Shown piece by piece: positions 48,767 through 59,230 of a stretch of 64,000 nucleotides of DNA. The notes under the pieces were generated by a model. That model saw only the letters and a list, made by a program, of their open reading frames with translations. It had not been told where the DNA came from and searched no databases. Source of the stretch: an uncultured Planctomycetota bacterium (GTDB lineage Bacteria; Planctomycetota; Planctomycetia; Isosphaerales; Isosphaeraceae); NCBI GenBank assembly GCA_963823665.1, contig CAWGMQ010000011.1, positions 352,001 through 416,000 of the forward strand. The letters run 5' to 3'. Within the stretch, counting starts at the first letter, position 1. Every line of letters starts with the position of its first letter. A program made the position numbers and the translations under genes.

Positions 48767-51700
48767 TCAGATCGTCGAGATCACGAACAGGGTGTAGCTC
48801 CCGTTGCCGGAGCTGGTCACCCACGTGTTTCCGCCGCCCAGGGCTGGGAAGTCATCCGTGGTGAAATCGCCGGCCAAGGTGCCCATGTAGGTGATGATCT
48901 GGAACGAGCTGCCCGCCGTGGGCGTGAAGCCGTTGACCAGGCTGACGCTGAGCGTGCCGCTTAAGGTCACGTTGCCCGTGACGTGGAGCTGATCGTACTG
49001 GCCCACGCCTGTGCCGCCGAGCTTGATATCCAGGGTGCCGCCGCTGGTCTGGTCGTAGTTGCCGGCGATGGTCGCGGCGGCGATGTTGGCGCCGCCGAGC
49101 GAGAGTGTCCCTCCATTGGTCACGCCGTTGCTGGCCGTCAGGGTCACGCCGTTGTCGAGCTCGAGGATGCCCGCACTCTGAACCTGCACCGCCGGGATGC
49201 TGCTGAAGCTGGTTTTGACGTCGAGCGTTCCCCCGGTAACGCTCGCGGTCTGCACATGGCTGACCGTCAGGGTCGACGTGGGCACGGTCCCGGAGGCCAC
49301 GACCAGCATGTTGGTCCCGGTGCCGCCGGTGATGCTCGTGGTGCCGGTCCAGCCGTGCAGCGTGAACGAATCGTTGCTCGGGCCGCCGGTCAACCGGGCG
49401 GCGGTGACGTTGTCGAGGTCGATCGAGTCGGCCCCGGTGACGCTGTTGCCGCTGATGGTCAGGCCGCTATCGCTCAAGGTATAGTTGGAGTCGGCGTTGA
49501 GCTCGACGATGTTCGTCCCGCCGGGCGCGGCATTGAACGTCACGCCGCTGGTGGGGACCGGATCGCCGTTACTGTAATTGAGGATGAGGGTATCGTTCTC
49601 GAGGTTGGACGGGGTGCCGGCCTCGTCGCCGTCGACGCTGACTCCGCCGACTGTGATTCCTCCGGACAGGCTCGCGATCGGGGCAACCGCCACGACGACG
49701 TTGTTCTCCAATACTTCGTCGGTGTTCGAGCCGCTCGACACCTGCTGGATGGTGATGGTGTTGTTGCCCAAGCTCGTCAGGATGAACAGCGTGCCGGGCA
49801 TGGCGAACGACTCGACGGCCACTTGCTGGCCCGTCGCCGTCGTGCCGGTGTAGCTGTTGGCGTCATTGGCGACGAACACAGTGGCGCCGTCGATGACCAC
49901 GCCGAACGAGTTGCCGATCCCCGTGGTGGGCGGTGGTCCGGCCAAAACCTTGGCTGCGCCGGCGTCGGGGTCGAACGGCTGGGAATCGACGGCGAACGGC
50001 GTCTGCCAGGTCGCTCCGCCGTTGGCGCTGTAGGTCGCGTAGGTGTCGAGAAGATAATCACCCGCCGCGTTTTTCGCGCCGCTCTGGTTGGTGTACCAGC
50101 TCACGACGATGTCGCCGACCGCGTCGATCGTCGCCGTGGGGAAGAGCTGGAAGACCGAGCTCGACGATGGGGGTGCGATGACCGAGGTCGCCGAGCTCCA
50201 GGTGCCGTTGGCGTTCTGGGTGAGCGTGGCGATGACCACTTCCGAGGAGGGTGGTTTGTTGGTGCCGGCGTCGGGGTCCTCCACGGTCACGACGTACATG
50301 ACGCCCGGCTCGATCGGGTTGACCAGCACGTAGGGGATCACCGATCCCTGCGTGAGGAACGTGGTGCCGGCGATCGTGCGACTGCCGGACTGGTCGTTGA
50401 ACGTGATGTCGCTCTGGCCGGCCGCCAGCGCGGTGATCGTGCTGCCTTGCTGAGTGAGGCTTTGCATGCTGCTGTTGTAGATGTAGACAGCGGCCAGGGT
50501 TTTCCCGCTGGTTCCGTTAGGCACGATGCCGCCGTCCGGTTCGATGGTATAGCCGGGCTGTGCGTGATAGGCCACGGTGATCGAGCCGCTGGGCGCGATG
50601 GTGACGGTTGCCCCATAATAATAGGTCGGCGGGATGGTGATGGATGGTGCGGCCACGGTCACCGGCGTGAGCCAGGTCTTGCCCTGGTTGGTGGAAATCG
50701 ATAGCAGGATCTCCGACTTGCCGGAGGGGCCAAGCTGAGTCCAGACGATGGAGAGGTTGTTGCTCTGGGGGCTGCCGTGGGAATTATCGGCGGCAAGGTC
50801 TTGCTGGACGTCGGTCGATCCCGAGGCCGGCGCATCGACTGTGAACGGTCCGGCGGTGACGGCGCCGGTGGTGGGGTTGAGCGTCACGATCTCGATGCCG
50901 CCGGTCATCGGGTCCAGGTAGGACCAGAAGAGGTTGCCGCTCTTGTTGTAAACGACGCTGGAATCGCCGCTCGAGGCGGTCGGGAACGGGATGACCGAGC
51001 TCCAGCTCGCCCCGGCGTTGGTCGAGATCACCACGCCGTTCTGGGAAGCGACAGCCAGGTCGTTCGGGTTGGTGGGGCTCGCGGCGATTGCCGGCTGGAC
51101 CAGGCTCGCCCCCCCTGGGATGCTCGGGCCGGTATGGATGGGCGGCGTCGGGCTCGTCCTATTGGAGAGCGGCGGTTGGGCCGGCGGCGCCGGACGAGGG
51201 GGAGTGGGACTGGTGTTGGTCGGCGGAGTCGGTATGAACGTCGACGGCTGCTTGGGCGTGCTTTGCGGCCACACGTGAGGATCGGTCGACAGCGGAATGA
51301 AGTTTGACCAATAGAGCTGCACGTACCAGGAGTCGAAGCCCCCCAACGGGAAGGCATTGGCCGTCGTCAACCAAAAATCCTTGCCGACGAGAGGGTCGCC
51401 GATCTCCGTGCCCAAGGTGTTCGGCCCCAAAGCCTGCGTGCTTGGCGTAAAGTACCATCCGAATCCCAGATTCACAGCTCCTGCGGCGGTCTGGGCGGCG
51501 ACAAAAGCCTCGGGGTCGGTGGCGGCTTCGACCATCTCGTGCGACGAGACGACTGTCAGGTCAGTGAGCTCCGAGGGCGCGTCGGCGGCGGCTCCGTTGG
51601 AAAAACCTCCGCCGACCGCGCCCGGGTACGGGATCACTGCGTAGGAGCCGTTCGCGGCGCTCCACGTGTGCCAGGCGAGTAGTTGCGGGACACCAGCGCC

Positions 51701-52264
51701 CTTGTAGCTGGCGGCGGCGGCGGTGATCGTGCCCGTGCTGTTGGTGAAGTTGTAGGGGTCGCCGGGAGGCAGGAACACCAGATAGAGCGTGTTGGCGTTG
51801 GGGGCAGGGATGTTCGTCGCCCCCACGTTGGCGGTGAGCATGGCCTGGACATCGACGTCGGTGGTCACGCCGCCGGGCGGGGCCGTAACGCCCGGGTTGG
51901 CGGGGCCCAGCGGCGGGGCGCCGGGGACGTCGAACGAGCCCACCCAACTGCCAGAATCGACGTCGTACTGAGCCAGACCGCTCCAATAGGAGCTGGTGGG
52001 CGCGACCAGGTCGGCCACGAAATTGTTGAGCTGCGGCTCCATCGCCGCCTCCGGTCCGGCCCAGCCCCAGTAGATCGTCTCCACCTGAATGTTTTGAAGG
52101 ATGACTCCTCCATGGTCTGTGACCAGCGGGACGGCAAGGAGCTGCCGATCCTCCAGCGCTTCGCCACCGAAAGTCCGCTTCCGCCGCCGCCGAACCGCGG
52201 CCCGCGCCGCCCTCCGCGTTCGGTGCCGGTCGTTCAGCCAGTGATTCCATCGGGCTGCGAACAT
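48767..52264 (-). CDS. Large extracellular protein (LEDRQLLA leader, PHI-1/EXORDIUM-like domain, BNR/Asp-box propeller, autotransporter-passenger-like C-terminus)
   Basis: EALEDRQLLA; HGG..IYWG..HEMVEAATDP..GWY..EIGD; STNAGASW, STNQGKTW, SANGGATW; YDQTSGGTLDI..YDQLHVTG. Confidence 0.85.
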   Translation of the reverse strand: MFAARWNHWLNDRHRTRRAARAAVRRRRKRTFGGEALEDRQLLAVPLVTDHGGVILQNIQVETIYWGWAGPEAAMEPQLNNFVADLVAPTSSYWSGLAQYDVDSGSWVGSFDVPGAPPLGPANPGVTAPPGGVTTDVDVQAMLTANVGATNIPAPNANTLYLVFLPPGDPYNFTNSTGTITAAAASYKGAGVPQLLAWHTWSAANGSYAVIPYPGAVGGGFSNGAAADAPSELTDLTVVSSHEMVEAATDPEAFVAAQTAAGAVNLGFGWYFTPSTQALGPNTLGTEIGDPLVGKDFWLTTANAFPLGGFDSWYVQLYWSNFIPLSTDPHVWPQSTPKQPSTFIPTPPTNTSPTPPRPAPPAQPPLSNRTSPTPPIHTGPSIPGGASLVQPAIAASPTNPNDLAVASQNGVVISTNAGASWSSVIPFPTASSGDSSVVYNKSGNLFWSYLDPMTGGIEIVTLNPTTGAVTAGPFTVDAPASGSTDVQQDLAADNSHGSPQSNNLSIVWTQLGPSGKSEILLSISTNQGKTWLTPVTVAAPSITIPPTYYYGATVTIAPSGSITVAYHAQPGYTIEPDGGIVPNGTSGKTLAAVYIYNSSMQSLTQQGSTITALAAGQSDITFNDQSGSRTIAGTTFLTQGSVIPYVLVNPIEPGVMYVVTVEDPDAGTNKPPSSEVVIATLTQNANGTWSSATSVIAPPSSSSVFQLFPTATIDAVGDIVVSWYTNQSGAKNAAGDYLLDTYATYSANGGATWQTPFAVDSQPFDPDAGAAKVLAGPPPTTGIGNSFGVVIDGATVFVANDANSYTGTTATGQQVAVESFAMPGTLFILTSLGNNTITIQQVSSGSNTDEVLENNVVVAVAPIASLSGGITVGGVSVDGDEAGTPSNLENDTLILNYSNGDPVPTSGVTFNAAPGGTNIVELNADSNYTLSDSGLTISGNSVTGADSIDLDNVTAARLTGGPSNDSFTLHGWTGTTSITGGTGTNMLVVASGTVPTSTLTVSHVQTASVTGGTLDVKTSFSSIPAVQVQSAGILELDNGVTLTASNGVTNGGTLSLGGANIAAATIAGNYDQTSGGTLDIKLGGTGVGQYDQLHVTGNVTLSGTLSVSLVNGFTPTAGSSFQIITYMGTLAGDFTTDDFPALGGGNTWVTSSGNGSYTLFVISTI

Positions 52265-53241
52265 CGCTCACCTCGCTTCCTGGATCTTGGGACGGAAGAC
52301 TACGGGCCTTGGCGATGGTGCGAGTCGGCGCTGAAAATGAGTCGTTGGATCTGATGAAGCTCAATAGATCCCGGGAGATCGTACAGCCCTTGGGATACGG
52401 GTTCCGGTGTTGGGCGAATCAGGGCCCGCCCGCCGATCCTCCAGCGAGCCGGTTCGATCGCGTCATGAAACACCTCCCACGGCGAATTGCGGGGTCGAGA
52501 ATCGAGATGAACGGCGAAGGACGAAGTTAGGTCGGCAGCGATTTTCCCCCTCGTCCCTGTACGCTGCACCTCGGACCATTTGTGCACATAAGGACTAGAC
52601 CCGTCACCCGCGCCACGACGACAGCGATCGCGGTTGCGAGCCGTATCGCATGTGTTGACGGTCTCAACAGCGTGATAGCGACTCCTCGTATCTAAGGAGG
52701 CGTCACTTCCCATATCGGTAATCAACCGTGATCCAACCGGCCCGTACAATACGGGGGTCCATCCGCACTGCCTAGATACGTTGATTATTATCAACAATGA
52801 GGGCTGTGGCTTCGCTGCCCGGTGTTGAAGTCCCGCGGCTTTCGCCGCCAAGGGATCGATTCCAGACACCCACTTTTCGATCGAGTCCCGGTGTCTGCTT
52901 CTCGGTCTAGGTGGTCTCGAAGGGTGAGTGTCTGCTCGGCCAGATCGGCCCGGTGAAGTTTGACGGTAACACATCGAGAAGCTAGTGCTCTGGATCAAAC
53001 GAAGCGACGCGGCGGTGCTGGTCGTGTCTCCGGAGCGGACCGTTCTCCCACCTCACCTTCCGCGCAAGGGATCGCAAGTTTGTTGCGTTCGTTGACCCGG
53101 TCGGTTTCTGCAATTCTTCTGCACATGTTGCCCGTGCCAGCCCAATGCGAATACAATGCGAAGCACAGCGAGGGTTGTCGCAATACCCCCGCGAAATCCC
53201 TGATAACAACGTCAAATCAACGTCAGCCCAATACCACGCAG

Positions 53242-53309
53242 ATGGCAGACGCGCCGGACTCAAAATCCGGTGTGATCAACGGGTGTGGGTTCAAGTCCCA
53301 CCTTCGGTA
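53242..53309 (+). tRNA. 5'-truncated tRNA-Leu(CAA) (pseudo-tRNA / att remnant)
   Basis: Anticodon arm ccgga-ctCAAaa-tccgg, T arm gtggg-ttcaagt-cccac and 3' acceptor strand cttcggt-a are present. No complementary 5' acceptor strand upstream. Confidence 0.8.
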
Positions 53310-53399
53310 TTCAAGAGCGAAGCGGAAAAATCCCCTTGGCGACGCTTGCCTGTCCCGAGGAACGACGCGCCGGTTACAATGGCCGCGGGAGGGTTAGCC

Positions 53400-53894
53400 A
53401 TGCCGCTGCGCAATCACTTTCGTCCGCCGCTCGACAATGTCAGGTCCTGGGAGGAGCTCCACGGCGGCTGGCCGACGATGCTTGTCGCCACCTTGTCCAG
53501 AAGACTGCCGCCCGGCTACGTTGCCGGACCGCGCGTCCAACTCGGCGCCTCCTTCGAGATTGATGTGCCGTCCGACGAAGAGGACGTGCCCGCCCCCTTC
53601 GCATCGCGAGGAAGTGTGCAGGAGGGCGGCGTCGCAGCGGCGGTCTGGGCACCGCCCCAACCGACGCCGGCCGTCAACACCGACCTAGCGGATCAGGACG
53701 AGTACGAGCTGCGGGTCTACGATGCTAAGCAGCACCACCACCTGGTGGCCGCAGTTGAGATCGTCAGCCCGGCGAGCGTCCGGGTCGCGCGCGATGCCCC
53801 GTGTTTTTGCGCATTATCTTCGTCGATTGTGTCGTTGCGATCGCGCCCGTCGCTGAAATGGCTGCGACCGGAAGAGAATTTTCAGATTTCCTGA
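53400..53894 (+). pseudogene. Truncated DUF4058 family gene
   Basis: MPLRNHFRPPL..SWEELHGGW..EIDV..AVWAPP..LVAAVEIVSPA; similarity stops at ~53773 where NK is expected. Confidence 0.7.
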
Positions 53895-54631
53895 TCGACG
53901 GAATGGCCAAATTCACGAGAGTCGACGCATATTATACGTGTGCCGCGATCGCTGCCACCGGAGTCGGCGCGGGGCACGATTGGACACCCAGAGCGGTCGC
54001 CCTGGGCTGTGTTGTTTTGGCCTTTCAGGCCGGATGGCGGACGGTGCGGCATGAAATACGCCCGAGTTTTGAACTCGCCGTTGCGGGGTTTGAGGAGCGC
54101 CTGACCGAGGTCGAGGAGTCGCTTGATCAGCGGAAAGGCGCCGGGAGCAGCACCGGCTGTTGCCAGGCACCGACCAACTATTGCGGACGGCGAGCGACGA
54201 TTGATCGGTCAGTTGCGCTCGGTCCTCCCGGACGAAACATGCACGATTCAATACTAATTAGGCATTTTCCGATCTTTGATTGATTTTGGGACGATCGACC
54301 GGTGAAAGTAGCGATTTTTTATGCGTCACACCTATCGAGAAGGCTGGCACCGAGTTGCGTTCGATTGTTGCACACCTGAATTTGGCTGCGTCACACGTAA
54401 GTCCAAGCGCCGCAAGGCTGTGTCGCAGGTGACGCAGAAAATGGGGGTCCGTAAAAGTTTAAATGCTCGCTGCCGTTGTCGATTGCGCGTGAGACGGAGG
54501 GCGGAGGGCGGGGTCAGATATGAATTTGAACTGCTGAGCACACCGAGGTCACGGTGATGAGGCGGGACGCTCAGGCGAGACGGAAACGAACTGCGCGGGG
54601 GAGCTGGGCTGCGCGGTCTTCCCTGCGCGAG

Positions 54632-54678
54632 CCCCCCACCACCGCCTGCGGCGGCACTTCCCCCAGAGGGGGGGAGGA
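54632..54678. repeat. REP-like palindromic element downstream of fabH
   Basis: ccccccaccaccgcctgcggcggcacttcccccagagggggggagga, containing two GC hairpins. Confidence 0.45.
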
Positions 54679-54740
54679 ATGCAGTTTAGTTCCCCTAATC
54701 CTTGTGGCGTAAGGGCGCGAGACGAATTTACAAAACGAAC

Positions 54741-55762
54741 TCACCAGCGCCAGAGCGCGGTGCCCCAGTTGAGGCCGGCGCCGAAGCCGGAGGTGAGCAG
54801 GAGGTCGCCGCGTTCGATGCCGCCATCGCGATAGACCTCGTCGAGGGCGATGGGAATCGAGCCGGCCGATGTGTTGCCGTAGCGCTCGAGGTTCTTGAAG
54901 ACGGCTTCGCGGGGGAAGCCGAGCACGTCGCTGGCGGCGTGAATGATCCTCACGTTTGCCTGGTGCGGGATGAACCACCGCACATCTGCGACCCGGCAGC
55001 CGGCGTGCTCGAGAACGACCTGTGAGGAATCGGCGAGGATGCGAACCGCCCATTTGAAGACAGCGCGACCATCCATCGTCAGGTAATGCAGGCCCTTTTC
55101 GAGCACAGCCGCCGTTGGTGGAATGCGGCTGCCACAGCCTGGGCGGCTCAAGAGGTCGCCGCCGGAGCCGTCCGAGCCAAGCTGGTAGGCGACCAGGCCC
55201 TGGTCTTTTTCGCCAGGGCCAAGCAGGACCGCGCCGGCACCGTCGCCAAAAAGTGGAAAGCTCTTCTGATCGCCGGGATTGATCACCCGGCTGTTGCAGT
55301 CGCCGCCGATCACCAGCGCACACTGGCTGTTCCCCGTCGCCACGAACTGCGCGGCGATCACGAGGGCGAAGACAAAGCCGGCACAGGCCGCCTGCACGTC
55401 GAACGCGGGGCAAGCCAGCTTGAGCCGGTCCTGAATCAGGTTGCCGGTCGACGGGAAATGCCATGTCGGGGGTGAACGTCGCAACGACCAGCAAGTCGAC
55501 GTCGGCGGGTTCGCGTGCCGGCAGCTTTCAAGCATCGCGTGGCCGCGTGCACGCAAAGGTCGCTCGTCGCCTGGTGCGGAAGAGCGAATCGGCGCTCGTG
55601 GATGCCGGTGCGATTGACGATCCATTCCGGGTCAAAGCCGTGGCTCTCGCGCAGGTCGTGATTGCTGACGACGAGCTCGGGCAGATAGCTTCCAGTACCC
55701 AGGATGCGCACGCCCAGAAGTGTGCGGGCCGGCGGCCCGAGATGGATTTGGCCGTTGTTCAT
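54741..55762 (-). CDS. fabH: 3-oxoacyl-ACP synthase III; frameshift at ~55465
   Basis: GTGSYLP..WIVNRTGIHERR; AACAGF; FGDGAGA; PHQAN; GNTSAGSIP; GFGAGLNWG. Confidence 0.93.
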
Positions 55763-55903
55763 GAGCAAGTTGACTATAATGAGTGCTTCGTACGCACACT
55801 ATACCAGAGGGCGAGCGAATCTTGAAGTTGCGTCGCGGGAACGGGCACCTTTTCCGCGCCGGTTGTGTCGATCCCAGCGTCTTGAGAACCCTGGAGGCGC
55901 CCT

Positions 55904-56320
55904 GTGGCCGAGCATCGGATCCGCCTTCGTGGTGCTTGGGAATGCCGGAGCAGCTCGTGTTCGACCGAGCCGCCGGAGCGGATCAACTTGCCCATCCACT
56001 GGGACCCGCGAAATCCTCGCCGTTTGTGCCTCTCGCGACGGTTCGGCCGCCCGCCGGCCGATTTCCGGAGCGAGCGCTTGCTGCTGGAGCTCGACCAGGC
56101 TCGCGGAATCCACTCGCTCTCTCTCAACGGAACGACCCTTCCCGCAATTTCTCCGGCGAAATCCTACTACCTTATCTCGCTCCCGGAAATAGAGGAGCGG
56201 AACATCCTGGTTCTGGAGATTGAAACTGGCGAAGCTTGCCAGGGCGTAGATGAGAGCGATTCGGACTGGGGCCGGATCGCGATTGTCGTCCGGCCGATTG
56301 AGCGAGGTGCTGAATCGTGA
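55904..56320 (+). CDS. Hypothetical protein (jelly-roll / sugar-binding-like)
   Basis: HRIRLRGAW..RRFGRP..LNG..ERNILVLEI; divergent from fabH. Confidence 0.65.
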   Translation: MAEHRIRLRGAWECRSSSCSTEPPERINLPIHWDPRNPRRLCLSRRFGRPPADFRSERLLLELDQARGIHSLSLNGTTLPAISPAKSYYLISLPEIEERNILVLEIETGEACQGVDESDSDWGRIAIVVRPIERGAES

Positions 56321-56363
56321 ATCAGTCGAGCTCCGGCCTCGCCGGCGTGTGCCGTGGGGCGAA

Positions 56364-56509
56364 TCCCTTCGGAGCGAAGGGCGACAATGGGGCGGGGTCT
56401 GGAGACCCGTGCCGAACGTCTGGAGACCTTCGGTCGTTCAGAGGGCGGGGTCGGAGTCCCGCGCCCAACAACGGGAGCGCGGCGGATCTCTTCGGAGCGA
56501 AGGGCGACA
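56364..56509. repeat. Mosaic of REP-like repeats
   Basis: cttcggagcgaagggcgaca at 56367-56386 and 56490-56509, enclosing two gcggggtc(t)ggag-cccg-gcc-aac units. Confidence 0.7.
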
Positions 56510-56660
56510 CTGTTCGAGGATCCCTTGCATGGACCGCGGTGGCTGGGATGGCACGCGCCGGCCCCTTGGCGGAGCCGGGTGCGTTGGCATAAGATAAAAC
56601 CTGATTCTGGTTCCGATTCCATGTCGGTTGCCCGCACGGTCGACTCGTGGCGAGGTCCTG

Positions 56661-57461
56661 ATGTTCGACACCGAACGAGAACAGATTCGCAAGACTTATC
56701 AGCTCTGCCGGTTCGGCTTCGGCAGCTACGGGGCGGCACTGCTCGTCGCGGCGGTGACCGCTGTGATTGGCTTGCTGGCGATGTTTCGCGTCGATCAGGT
56801 GCGGTGGATCCTGGTGCAGCCCTGGTACAGTTGGCTCGACACGCCGATTGTCTGGCTCCGGTTGATCGGAGCCATCGTGCTCTGGGGACGCTGGGACCAG
56901 AAGAGCTGGCAGCGCAGAACGAGCGTGTTGCTGACTCTATGCACGGCAGACATTGTTCTCTGGGTGATCGCTCGCGGGGCAGTCCTGGGATTGCACGGGG
57001 GTGACATCGGCCACGAATATTTGAGGGCCATCATTCGCGAAGCGATGAGCTGGGGGCGGATGGCTCTGCTCTCGAGCCTGGCCGGCGACTATCTGGTGCA
57101 TCTGGGTGTCGAGAATGCACGCGAATCAGACAAGCTCACCCGGTCCATGATCGTCACCGGAGCACTCGTCTGGCTGCTATGGGTCTGTCAGCAGACGAAC
57201 TGGGCGGCATGGCCGCTCCAGCACCTGGGCCGGCGCAACCTCGAGAGTGAACTGCTGCTGCACGGCTTCACGCTCATTTACTCGATCACGCTCATCCAGG
57301 TGACCGCGCTCGTTATCTCGGCTGCACGCCAGACCACGGCGACCCTCACCGAGATGGACCGCGAGGATCAGGAAGACGACCTGCTCCGTCCTCAGTCGGA
57401 CGTCTACCAGGATTCCGCCAACGACTGGTGGCGTGACGACGTTCCGGGGAAGAACAAGTGA
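56661..57461 (+). CDS. Multi-pass membrane hypothetical protein
   Basis: About six hydrophobic helices and an acidic tail; GAGG RBS upstream. Confidence 0.75.
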   Translation: MFDTEREQIRKTYQLCRFGFGSYGAALLVAAVTAVIGLLAMFRVDQVRWILVQPWYSWLDTPIVWLRLIGAIVLWGRWDQKSWQRRTSVLLTLCTADIVLWVIARGAVLGLHGGDIGHEYLRAIIREAMSWGRMALLSSLAGDYLVHLGVENARESDKLTRSMIVTGALVWLLWVCQQTNWAAWPLQHLGRRNLESELLLHGFTLIYSITLIQVTALVISAARQTTATLTEMDREDQEDDLLRPQSDVYQDSANDWWRDDVPGKNK

Positions 57462-57466
57462 TGCGA

Positions 57467-58477
57467 CTACGTCCAACTGATCGCGGGGCCGGATGGCTCG
57501 CCCTCGCCCGAGCGGCCCACGCCCGATCCGTCCACGCCGGAGCCGGAGGGAAGGAGCTCGCGGAGTGACCTGGGAAGCGGAAAATGGACGTTCTCTTCGC
57601 GGATCGTCTCTTCGTGAAAGGTTGCACCGAAGTTCCGCGCCAGGTATTCCACACACTCCTGCACGACGTGCTCCGGTGCGCTGGCGCCGGCCGTGACCAG
57701 AAGCGTGTCGACCCCCTCGAACCACTCATCCCGAATCTCATCGACACCATCGATCAAGTAAGACGGGATTCCCAATCCGTTGGCGATCTCGGCGAGTCTG
57801 CGGCTGTTCGAGCTGTTCTGACTGCCGAGCACCAGCACGAGATCAGCCTGGGCCGCCATGTGCCGCACGGCTTCCTGACGGTTCTGTGTGGCGTAGCAAA
57901 TGTCGTCTTTGGGCGGGTTGGCGATGCTGGGGAACCTTTTCCGGAGGGCAGCGATGACGACGTTGGCGTCGTCGACGCTGAGGGTTGTCTGGGTGAGGTA
58001 AGCGACTTTGGTGGGGTCTGGCACATTCAGCCGCTCGACGTCGTCGGCGGTTTCGACGAGGATCATCTGCTTAGGGGCTTCGCCCATGGTGCCGATCACT
58101 TCGTCGTGGCCTTCGTGGCCGATCAAGATGATGGTGTAGCCTTCCCGAGCGTAGCGGACGGCCTCGAGGTGCACTTTGATGACGAGCGGGCAGGTTGCGT
58201 CGATGGCGAGCAGCCGGCGTTTCTGCGCCTGGTCGCGGATCTGGGGGGAGACGCCGTGAGCGCTGTAGAGGAGCGGCGAGCCTGGTGGAACCTCGTCGAG
58301 CGACTCGACGAAAACGGTGCCGCGCTCGCGAAAGCGATCGACAACGAACTTGTTATGGACGATCTCGTGATAGACGTAGAGGGGCGGCCCGAAGAATTCG
58401 AGCGCTCGCTCGAGGCACTCGATCGCCATATTGACGCCCGCGCAAAACCCTCGCGGATTGGCCAGCAGGATCTTCAT
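57467..58477 (-). CDS. ispH: 4-hydroxy-3-methylbut-2-enyl diphosphate reductase
   Basis: MKILLANPRGFCAGV, IVHN, SAHG, DATCPLV, QTTLS, ICYATQNRQ, NSSNS, TAGASAP. Confidence 0.97.
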   Translation of the reverse strand: MKILLANPRGFCAGVNMAIECLERALEFFGPPLYVYHEIVHNKFVVDRFRERGTVFVESLDEVPPGSPLLYSAHGVSPQIRDQAQKRRLLAIDATCPLVIKVHLEAVRYAREGYTIILIGHEGHDEVIGTMGEAPKQMILVETADDVERLNVPDPTKVAYLTQTTLSVDDANVVIAALRKRFPSIANPPKDDICYATQNRQEAVRHMAAQADLVLVLGSQNSSNSRRLAEIANGLGIPSYLIDGVDEIRDEWFEGVDTLLVTAGASAPEHVVQECVEYLARNFGATFHEETIREENVHFPLPRSLRELLPSGSGVDGSGVGRSGEGEPSGPAISWT

Positions 58478-58654
58478 CAGCACGCAGCCTCCGGGACGTG
58501 AAAGAATCGTGGCCCTCATGGTATGCGTTTTCGGCGGCGAGGGAAAGGTGAGACGGCCTCCAGCGGCGGATTCTTGATGCGGGGCGTCATTCTCTGCTAC
58601 AGTCCCATTCACGGATCATGTCCAGCGCTACAAGGACGAGATGGAGGCTTGAGG

Positions 58655-59230
58655 ATGAAACCGACGGAGGAGCGGCTATGCGATGCGCACCAGATCGGCG
58701 GTCTGATCTCTGCGATGGCCCGCAAGCTCGCGGAGTCTGCGCGGCGCAAGAAGCCGCTGTTCATGGTCGGGATTCGCTCACGGGGTGTGCCCCTGGCGGA
58801 ACGGCTGGCGCGTGAGCTGCGTGTTCTGCTCGACCAGGAGGTCGAGGTGGGCGCGGTCGATATCACGCTCTACCGCGACGATCTGGGCCAGGGAGAGCGC
58901 TGGCCGGTGCTTCGCGGCACCGAGATCGACTTCGCCCTGGATGGGGCCGAAGTGGTGCTGGTGGATGACGTGCTGTTCACCGGGCGCACGGTCCGCGCCG
59001 CCTTGAACGCAATCTGCGACCTGGGCCGGCCGGCGTGCATCCGCCTGGCGGCGCTCGTCGATCGCGGCCATCGTGAGATTCCGATCCATCCTGACGTGGT
59101 GGGCTTGTCGCTCAAGACGGATCGAGAAGACCACGTCCGGGTTTGCCTGAAGCCGGTCGATCCGGTCGAAGAAATCGTCAAGATCACGCATGCTCTCAGC
59201 CCACCTGCAGCGGAGAGGAGCAGGCCGTGA
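58655..59230 (+). CDS. pyrR: Bifunctional pyr operon regulator / uracil phosphoribosyltransferase
   Basis: GIRSRG, DITLYRDD, LVDDVLFTGRTVRAAL, VDRGHREIPI. Confidence 0.95.
   Translation: MKPTEERLCDAHQIGGLISAMARKLAESARRKKPLFMVGIRSRGVPLAERLARELRVLLDQEVEVGAVDITLYRDDLGQGERWPVLRGTEIDFALDGAEVVLVDDVLFTGRTVRAALNAICDLGRPACIRLAALVDRGHREIPIHPDVVGLSLKTDREDHVRVCLKPVDPVEEIVKITHALSPPAAERSRP

Noticed and set aside
52300..53100. ORFs upstream of the 1165-aa gene; also 53801-54283
   Set aside because: No recognisable motifs, RBS or codon bias; treated as non-coding.
58600..58650. PyrR attenuator in the pyrR leader
   Set aside because: Only a weak GTCCAG resemblance; no GAGG loop or terminator/antiterminator pair is visible.
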